DNA from: a virus
Taxonomy: Duplodnaviria > Heunggongvirae > Uroviricota > Caudoviricetes
Strand: one strand, 5' to 3'
Length of the DNA: 64,000 nt
IMG/VR virus record: IMGVR_UViG_3300029474_000225
Span: 35,109 to 99,108 of that record
Shown piece by piece: positions 57,410-64,000 of the stretch; position 1 is the first letter of the stretch; every line of letters starts with the position of its first letter. The position numbers were made by a program, and so were the translations under genes. The notes beneath the pieces are model-generated. The model was not told where the DNA came from, made no database searches, and worked only from the letters and a program-made list of their open reading frames with translations.

Positions 57410-57574
57410 GTGAGTAATTCGACACTAGTAGAAGTTGTATATACATTGGCTTGCTTCGCAATGATGTTCTTTTTAGGATTACAGATCGAAGTGTCTAAGA
57501 AAGTACAGAATCTTGCAAGCGTGTTTTGGTTAATTAGCGTAATTGTAGCATGGATATGTATATTTTTGAAATAA
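57410..57574 (+). CDS. small membrane protein (54 aa, GTG start)
   Basis: SD AAGGAGGAA upstream. Two hydrophobic segments. Codons verified. Confidence 0.45.
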   Translation: MSNSTLVEVVYTLACFAMMFFLGLQIEVSKKVQNLASVFWLISVIVAWICIFLK

Positions 57575-57662
57575 TAATTCCGCAATAAAAGAGAGAATAT
57601 TAAAGCAAGGATAAAATCAATGTTTTTTATGAACTAAGAAAGATAAAAGAGGTGAACGATTA

Positions 57663-58289
57663 ATGTCTTTGGCATATAAAAATAACACATACAACTATAA
57701 TGGCGAATATGAAATGGGTTCATTAAATAAGTTTGCACAAGCAGAAAGAAGATTGTCTGCAAAGAAGCAGGCGTTAGATGATATGAAGAATGAGTATGAC
57801 CTTATTCAACAACAGGCACTTCACATTTATAAAGAGAATATTCAGTATATGCTGCTTGATCAACCTTCTACGCTTAAAACGTGTAGAGAATGGTTAAATA
57901 TGTTATCAAAGAATCAGGATACAGATGGTAACAAGCTTGATAAGAGAAAGAAGTATAAAGAAAAGGAAACATATGATTGGTATATTAATTATATAAAAGA
58001 GCTTCTTAATGTTGAGTACATGAATGATATTAAATTCATTGACTATAATTTTGGTCAAGCTACTTATATTCAGTTTGAATATAAAAAGCATAATTGGCGT
58101 TTAGAAATTCCTCATATTAAAGCTATCAAATTAGATGCATATAAGAATTATGGTAGCAGTGTATTTAAACTTGCGTTAATACACAATGATACAGAATATA
58201 GTTGTAGTTGGTCACAGTTTGGCTCTACATATGAGGAAGATGAATTAAGAGATATTATGACACAAGGTATTGAGAAATATTGTAATTAG
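57663..58289 (+). CDS. hypothetical protein
   Basis: SD AGAGGTGA upstream. Confidence 0.6.
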   Translation: MSLAYKNNTYNYNGEYEMGSLNKFAQAERRLSAKKQALDDMKNEYDLIQQQALHIYKENIQYMLLDQPSTLKTCREWLNMLSKNQDTDGNKLDKRKKYKEKETYDWYINYIKELLNVEYMNDIKFIDYNFGQATYIQFEYKKHNWRLEIPHIKAIKLDAYKNYGSSVFKLALIHNDTEYSCSWSQFGSTYEEDELRDIMTQGIEKYCN

Positions 58290-58354
58290 TTATTTCACAG
58301 GAAAGCAACATATCCTTGGATTTTGAGAGAATAGTACATTGGAGGTGAAAAAAC

Positions 58355-58939
58355 ATGAGAATTATAAATCGTGGACGTGGGACTGGTAAAACAGCAATAC
58401 TCATTTCAACAGCATATGTAACGGGAAAACCAATTATTACATCTACAATGGATACTAAAAACAGTCTTATGAGCATGGCAGAGAAAATGGGTATATCAAC
58501 TTGTATAGAAGTTTATACAATAAACGAATGGTTAGAATGTCATAGAGTGTATAAACAGAGTAACGAAATACTTGTAGATAACGTAGAGTTAATACTTGGA
58601 GATGCTTTATCAAAGGTTCTTAATGCAAATGTTATAGCAGGAACAATGACAGTTCCAATGGATAATATAAAAGACGATGCAAAAGAAAATGGTAAAAAAC
58701 ATGGTTATTGGTACGCATTAGATGAATGTGCAAATGAAGGTGTATATTGCTCAGTTTGTAATAAAAAAGTATATAAACTGAACTATGCGAATCAGAAGTT
58801 GAAATCAAAATATTGTCCTAATTGTGGTGCAATTATGGATGGGAAAGAGACTACTGAGACTGGTAAAAATGATGATAGACCACAATGCTGTATAGACTAT
58901 GATAAATTCTTTTCGGCATGTAACACTTGTAAATTTTGA
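58355..58939 (+). CDS. P-loop (GRGTGKT) protein with C-terminal zinc ribbon
   Basis: Walker A-like GRGTGKTA and Cys pairs CSVC...CPNCG. SD TGGAGGTGA upstream. Confidence 0.55.
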   Translation: MRIINRGRGTGKTAILISTAYVTGKPIITSTMDTKNSLMSMAEKMGISTCIEVYTINEWLECHRVYKQSNEILVDNVELILGDALSKVLNANVIAGTMTVPMDNIKDDAKENGKKHGYWYALDECANEGVYCSVCNKKVYKLNYANQKLKSKYCPNCGAIMDGKETTETGKNDDRPQCCIDYDKFFSACNTCKF

Positions 58940-58972
58940 GAATAACAAAAAAATTAAAGGAGAATATTAAAC

Positions 58973-59284
58973 ATGGAAACAATTTTAAGATTATTAGCAG
59001 AGAACCCAGAAAGTTTAGGAGAGGTAGTAAAGACATACATTACAAAGTACAAAGAGCCTGTATATGATGTTCTGAAGGAACTCATGATTATTGCAAAGGA
59101 TTATTCTGAGAATACTGAGTATCCTGCAATTCAGGCGAGAACTAAGAAAAATATGTTTGATGCATATGTAAGTGTTGGTTTTACAGAGGATCAAGCATTA
59201 GCACTTATGATTAACGACAATATTCAGCTTATGAAGAATATTCAGAAGTCACTTAATAATACTTCTGTAAAAAAGAGTAAGTAG
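58973..59284 (+). CDS. hypothetical protein
   Basis: SD AAAGGAGAA upstream. Confidence 0.55.
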   Translation: METILRLLAENPESLGEVVKTYITKYKEPVYDVLKELMIIAKDYSENTEYPAIQARTKKNMFDAYVSVGFTEDQALALMINDNIQLMKNIQKSLNNTSVKKSK

Positions 59285-59338
59285 TGGTTTCGCAGTAAAG
59301 ATTCGTTTCTTTTGAAAATTTGAAAGGAGAAAATAATA

Positions 59339-59668
59339 ATGAAGATGTTTAACAGAATTTTTGATGTAATTAGCAGTCTTAATAACAACATTGTACATTT
59401 AATTGATTGTTATAAAAGAGAACATGATGAAGTGATCAGAACATACGACAATTACAGAGGTATTATTCAGGAACAGGACAGAATTATTCAGTCGCTATTG
59501 AAATCACAGACAAGCAATAAAGATATGGAATGTATGGTGTTCGTCCCATATAGAGGTAAACCAGTTGTAATTAAAAATGGCGAAGTAGTCAGTACAGATA
59601 ATATGACTTCATTTGATGTTGATTGGGCTTATGATAGACGAACTGATGTAACTGTAAGAGGAGAATAA
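59339..59668 (+). CDS. hypothetical protein
   Basis: SD GAAAGGAGAA upstream. Confidence 0.55.
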   Translation: MKMFNRIFDVISSLNNNIVHLIDCYKREHDEVIRTYDNYRGIIQEQDRIIQSLLKSQTSNKDMECMVFVPYRGKPVVIKNGEVVSTDNMTSFDVDWAYDRRTDVTVRGE

Positions 59669-59672
59669 ATAT

Positions 59673-60194
59673 ATGAACACAAAAATTATTAGTGCATTCC
59701 ATGCTTGTGGTAAGACATATGCTTTTAAAAAATTAAATGAGAAAGGTTACAAGATTCTCGATAGCGATAGCAGTCAGTTCAGTTGGTGTTATGATTATGA
59801 TCCAACTAATTCAGATAAGATTGAAAAGTATCGCAATCCTGAATTTCCAAAGAATTATATCCAACACATTAAAGACAATATTGGGAAAGTTGATTACATC
59901 TTTGTAAGCAGCCATAAAGAAGTTAGAGACGCTTTGATTGAGAATGGAATTTATTTCACATTAGTTTATCCTGGCAGAAAGATGAAAGCTGAATGGGTTG
60001 GTAGATGTTTCTTACGTGGAAGTGGCGAAAAGTTCTGTCAGTTAATTGCAGACAATTGGGATAAATGGATTGATGAAATGGAAGAAGTAGAAGATTGTGA
60101 TAGATATATTCTTGGTGAAGACGACTCCATTGATCCAGATGACTTAGATAGATATTACTACTTAGGAGAATTAATCGAAAAAAGATTGATTTAA
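59673..60194 (+). CDS. P-loop kinase-like protein (AFHACGKT)
   Basis: Walker A-like motif near the N-terminus. SD AGAGGAGAA upstream. Confidence 0.5.
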   Translation: MNTKIISAFHACGKTYAFKKLNEKGYKILDSDSSQFSWCYDYDPTNSDKIEKYRNPEFPKNYIQHIKDNIGKVDYIFVSSHKEVRDALIENGIYFTLVYPGRKMKAEWVGRCFLRGSGEKFCQLIADNWDKWIDEMEEVEDCDRYILGEDDSIDPDDLDRYYYLGELIEKRLI

Positions 60195-60322
60195 AGAGTG
60201 AATAACAATATATAGAAAAGTTAAAAAAATAGTACACTATATATAGCGGTTATATAAATTAAAACTACTATATATAGTAACAAAATGGACAAGAAATATC
60301 GGTTTCCTTTGGAGGTGAAAAA

Positions 60323-61045
60323 TTGGAGAAAGAAATAGTATACATTGCAGATTTAGACCAAGATGTTGATGATGTTGTTGCAGCACATTATCTTCATAAC
60401 GAAGGTGTATTGAAATGTGTTGTATGTGATCCATATCCAATGACAGAAGATGGGTTGAAAAGAAAAGACATTCTTGAAAGTTTGGGCGTTCAAGTATTAA
60501 AGAAAATGCCACCAGTTGCAAAATATGTATTTGTTGGTGGTGCATTAACGCTTGTTGCCGATTATATCAAAATGCATCACATTGACTGGTTAGTAATGAA
60601 TGGTGGTTTTGTTGGTACAAACATCGCTTCGTTTGGACTGGATAAATTTAAAGGAAAAGAAACAGTAAGAACATTTAATTTTAATTGTGATGTAAATGCA
60701 ACTGATTATGTCTTAAAAGTCGGGAAAGAGAGAATATCTAACATGGTACTTGTTGGTAAAAACGTGTGCCATGATATCAGAAATACAAGAGTTGGCATAT
60801 GGTCGGATAAGAAGTATAAAGAATTATTTGATACATATGAAGTAAAAGATAAAAAACGTCAGCATGATATGTTGGCTTGTCATGAAGGATTAGCATTTTT
60901 GAATAATTCTACAAAATATTGTAAGTATGAAGTTGTAAAGCCATATAACACAGGTTTAAAGGGAACATATACCCAATGGGGAAGTACAAAAACAAGGGAA
61001 ACACCGTACAGAGAAGTGTTGGCTGCAATAGAATATGAAACATAG
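60323..61045 (+). CDS. inosine-uridine-preferring nucleoside hydrolase family protein
   Basis: N-terminal aspartate cluster IADLDQDVDDVVA, matching the DXDXXXDD nucleoside hydrolase motif. TTG start with SD GGAGGTGA. Confidence 0.65.
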   Translation: MEKEIVYIADLDQDVDDVVAAHYLHNEGVLKCVVCDPYPMTEDGLKRKDILESLGVQVLKKMPPVAKYVFVGGALTLVADYIKMHHIDWLVMNGGFVGTNIASFGLDKFKGKETVRTFNFNCDVNATDYVLKVGKERISNMVLVGKNVCHDIRNTRVGIWSDKKYKELFDTYEVKDKKRQHDMLACHEGLAFLNNSTKYCKYEVVKPYNTGLKGTYTQWGSTKTRETPYREVLAAIEYET

Positions 61046-61084
61046 TAAATTTCGATTTCTTTTGGAGAATATACATAAGGAGGA

Positions 61085-61942
61085 TTGATACATACGAATT
61101 TAGTACAAGCATTAGAAAAGCAGATTGAGTTCTGTAATCAATATACAAAGTATAAATGTGGGGTATTTGTAAGAACAAAAGAACAATGTGAGATTGTAAT
61201 GAAATGCATTTCAAACTTATTGTTAGACCGAAGGAATACTCAATTAAAAAATTATGCATGGAAATTGGGCTGTTATTGGAATAATGGTAATTGTATTGAA
61301 GTATTACCTGTAAACGATTCCGTTAGAGGACACAGATTTAATGGTGTAATAATTGAAAATGAAATCGAAAGAGATATTGTTAATTCTTTGATTATGCCAT
61401 ATTTAATGGTAAGGATTGATTCTAGTGGACATAAAATTGAAGAATTTAATAATGTTAAAGAGAGAATATTTACAGTAGATATTAGCAAGAGTAATGTCAT
61501 TGAAAGTAAAAATCGTTCAATTTATATTTCGACTGGTTGGCGTAGAGGACTAAGAAATTCAAATATATTTATTGATGATTTATGCGAAGAAAGTTTTAAG
61601 AAGGAGTATACATGTATGTTTAATAATCACACAGCAGCTTTTAGAGTTGCACAGGTAGGAACAGATAAGATTTATATTTACAATGCGATTGGTATTCCAA
61701 AGGAGAATATTAAATATGAGACAGAGTTTGTCAATAGAACCAAGGAAACTTATCTGAATATCAAAGGCGCACATAAAGTTGAAGGTATTGGATTTGAGAA
61801 TGAAATTGATGTTCATTTACTTATTGATACTAATGTATATGATAAGTATGAAGTTGATTTCCATGATGGTCTTATTTTTGTTTTTTTACATGAAATTATC
61901 AATGAGAAACCTGTTTTAGAAGATGTTTCAGGTGAAAAATAA
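61085..61942 (+). CDS. hypothetical protein (TTG start)
   Basis: SD AAGGAGGA upstream. Confidence 0.55.
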   Translation: MIHTNLVQALEKQIEFCNQYTKYKCGVFVRTKEQCEIVMKCISNLLLDRRNTQLKNYAWKLGCYWNNGNCIEVLPVNDSVRGHRFNGVIIENEIERDIVNSLIMPYLMVRIDSSGHKIEEFNNVKERIFTVDISKSNVIESKNRSIYISTGWRRGLRNSNIFIDDLCEESFKKEYTCMFNNHTAAFRVAQVGTDKIYIYNAIGIPKENIKYETEFVNRTKETYLNIKGAHKVEGIGFENEIDVHLLIDTNVYDKYEVDFHDGLIFVFLHEIINEKPVLEDVSGEK

Positions 61943-61994
61943 AACACAAGAATCTGACATTTCTTGGTGCAGATTGGAGACAAGGAGAAATAAA

Positions 61995-62282
61995 ATGTGT
62001 TCTGATACAGTAATTGCTTTATTAAGCATATTTGTAATATTGAGTATATTATTTGCAGGATTCTATATATGCTGCAAAGCGGATATTGAAAATATATCTA
62101 TTTTCAATTCTATAAAGAATTTCGTTATTGATTTATTTAAAGATAGAAATATTTTAGGTAAATTTCTTTCAAGCGTTATATTTTTATTATCTATTCCAGG
62201 CATATTATTTGTGATGCTTTTAGCAATAGTGGATGTGTTTATAAAGTTATTTATAAGAATATGGAAATTAGGAAATAGATAA
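61995..62282 (+). CDS. membrane protein (two TM segments)
   Basis: SD AAGGAGAA upstream of the ATG at 61995. Confidence 0.5.
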   Translation: MCSDTVIALLSIFVILSILFAGFYICCKADIENISIFNSIKNFVIDLFKDRNILGKFLSSVIFLLSIPGILFVMLLAIVDVFIKLFIRIWKLGNR

Positions 62283-62672
62283 AATTTTATATAAATAAGA
62301 GAATATATAGATGGAGGTGAAAATGTGATTCAAGTAATTGAGACAAATTTGAGTATTGATAAAGATAATATCATAAGAGATCATCAGTCACGAATTGTTG
62401 AAGTTGAAGATTAGGATACATACTGCAAAGCATTTGAGGAATACAATGGCGAAGCTGTTTATTTTAAATCAAAAGCTATGCGTGGCTACAGTATCTTATC
62501 GAATTGTACAATGACAGATTTGATATATGATGACATTCATCTATCTTGTATGGTTTTACATCAATCAGGTATTGTTACAAAGAAACTTGCTTATAGGATT
62601 GTTTTATAATCTATGACTCATTCGAGTCAAAATTTCCAATAAAAATGAAACCGAATAGAGAATAAGTAAGAG

Positions 62673-63011
62673 GTGGATATGGATAATCAAACATATAACG
62701 CTTGCCGTTATTTTATTAGTAGTATTGATTCAATAAGCAGTAATGCAAAAATTATTATTGATAACATTAAATCTTATAACAATGATACTGATTCATCGGC
62801 AAAATTATTTATTCATTCAAAATGCTCAAATACGGAGAATATATTATCAGAAGATGAGGTGAATTTAGTGATTTCAATGATATTAAAAAAATATAAGAAA
62901 AGTATTGAGCAATATCAAAAGGAATTGAATGAATGTATTAATGAAGAAGTTTTGAAAATAACGGAAACATTAAAAGAGTTGGATAATAAGAGTAAAACAG
63001 AGAATAAGTAA
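62673..63011 (+). CDS. hypothetical protein
   Basis: SD AAGAGGTGGA upstream. Confidence 0.55.
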   Translation: MDMDNQTYNACRYFISSIDSISSNAKIIIDNIKSYNNDTDSSAKLFIHSKCSNTENILSEDEVNLVISMILKKYKKSIEQYQKELNECINEEVLKITETLKELDNKSKTENK

Positions 63012-63026
63012 GTGAAAGGAAAACAT

Positions 63027-63182
63027 ATGAGTAAGAAAATTATTGTAAAGATTACAAGATTATTATGCAAGCTAACACATAATGAATTTCTCATTATATT
63101 AGATGGAATCAGTTTTTGGTCTGTATCTAAGAATACACATATAAGAGATGTGGTTTATTATCATAGAAAATTATTATCATAG
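63027..63182 (+). CDS. small hypothetical protein (51 aa)
   Basis: SD AAAGGAAAA upstream. Codons verified. The 3' end overlaps a 16-bp tandem duplication. Confidence 0.35.
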   Translation: MSKKIIVKITRLLCKLTHNEFLIILDGISFWSVSKNTHIRDVVYYHRKLLS

Positions 63183-63240
63183 AAAAACAGAAAGTTGATT
63201 GTAAATCACTGTTTCATTCGGATTTTGAGGAGGTGAGAAA

Positions 63241-63684
63241 GTGTCACAGTTTAGATTTAATGAAGATTTTGCAAATAATTGGAAGTCAGGTCAGATAGTT
63301 GCTTGTGAAGAAAAAGAAGATGGTTATTTAATTGATAAAGCTGCACTTATTGAAAAGGACGAACTTTTAAAACATGGTGAATTTATCACAATGAATGTTC
63401 AGATATTGGGACATATGGAATCAAATGGCGTAGATGATTTATTTGTGTATGACAGAGATTTCAAGCCAGGAGACACAGTACAACATTTCAAAGGTGGTTT
63501 CTATAAGATTGTTGCCATTGGAACTAATACAGAAACAGAAGAAAAGATTGTTGCGTATCAGAACTTAAAGGATCAGAGAGTATGGATTAGACCATATGAT
63601 ATGTTTATCAGTAAAGTGGATAGAGAGAAATATCCAAATGCTTATCAGCCATATAGATTTATCAAAGTAAAGATTACTGCTTAG
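63241..63684 (+). CDS. hypothetical protein (GTG start)
   Basis: SD GAGGAGGTGA upstream. Confidence 0.6.
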   Translation: MSQFRFNEDFANNWKSGQIVACEEKEDGYLIDKAALIEKDELLKHGEFITMNVQILGHMESNGVDDLFVYDRDFKPGDTVQHFKGGFYKIVAIGTNTETEEKIVAYQNLKDQRVWIRPYDMFISKVDREKYPNAYQPYRFIKVKITA

Positions 63685-63906
63685 TAATTAGTCTGAACGA
63701 TTCAGTTCAAAAATTCCAAAAATCAAAACTGAATAGTGAATATATGAATGGGTGGAAGAACAGCATACCCTTGGGTTTTTACGCTCAAAAATCACTGTTG
63801 AAGATAGATTTTTACATAAATTTATTTTCTGTGTTCCAGTCGCAAGACTGTTCAAATATAGTTATCAAAAAATTTTATTTCATATTATAAGGAGGACATT
63901 TTTTAA

Positions 63907-64000
63907 ATGGCAGAGACAAAGAAAAAAGGAAGATTATTTGATTTACCTGAGACAAAGGGTGCATTCCAGTTAAAGGGAGTTGTATCTGGTATGGAGAAGG
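63907..64000 (+). CDS. hypothetical protein, 5' part (continues beyond window end)
   Basis: SD AAGGAGGA 8 nt upstream of the ATG. The ORF is open to the window edge. Confidence 0.5.
   Translation, partial: MAETKKKGRLFDLPETKGAFQLKGVVSGMEK

Noticed and set aside
5193-62000. Numerous minus-strand track ORFs of 60-151 aa embedded in + strand genes (e.g. 4997-5191, 5959-6273, 7896-8330, 25673-26128, 30490-30876, 53286-53627, 60909-61259, 41427-41849)
   Set aside because: All are antisense to well-supported + strand genes in a strongly + oriented, tightly packed block. They lack SDs and are typical AT-rich spurious frames.
1-64000. CRISPR arrays, rRNA genes, insertion sequences
   Set aside because: There are no arrays of regularly spaced identical repeats, no rRNA-like GC-rich long structured genes, and no transposase-like ORFs with terminal inverted repeats.

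Overview
This 64 kb window is AT-rich and looks like the early/accessory region of a temperate phage or prophage of a low-GC Firmicute. About 110 mostly short genes are packed almost entirely on the + strand, often with overlapping stop/start codons, and no capsid, tail or terminase genes are recognisable.

Functions I can support from sequence include:
- a lysogeny-like module at 25.3-27.5 kb: tyrosine integrase, XRE helix-turn-helix regulator, a divergent RHH regulator and a MazF/PemK-like toxin;
- two tRNAs, Gln-UUG and a CAU-anticodon Met/Ile, with no encoded CCA;
- an RNA end-healing and sealing cassette (RNA ligase, P-loop kinase plus HD protein, metallophosphoesterase) together with a CCA-adding enzyme and a DHH phosphoesterase;
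- four DNA methyltransferases (C5, beta-class N6/N4, Dam, NPPF-type) and three ParB/Srx-fold proteins, two of them DUF262;
- an HNH endonuclease, a HicA-like toxin, a nucleoside hydrolase and a secreted Big_2 protein.

The strongest candidate for something undescribed is a 735-aa protein that fuses sigma-70 regions 2 and 4 to a DUF262 (DGxQR) ParB-like domain. It is flanked by a zinc-ribbon protein, a 51-aa membrane peptide and an SPFH/band-7 protein, directly downstream of the integrase, regulators and tRNAs.

Other notable structure:
- a roughly 1.7 kb non-coding hub (2.6-4.3 kb) with GT-rich iterons, three tandem consensus promoters carrying TCACAA-N4-TTGTGA operators, and a terminator before the next gene;
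- a C5-methyltransferase whose conserved N-terminus is split by a frameshift at an A7 tract;
- several recurring intergenic motifs, including GTTTCYTTGGARG immediately 5' of ribosome-binding sites and ATATATAGTA elements;
- a GGAGAATAA stop/SD overlap that gives many proteins a Gly-Glu C-terminus.

All calls rest on reading the sequence and motif knowledge; no database search was run.
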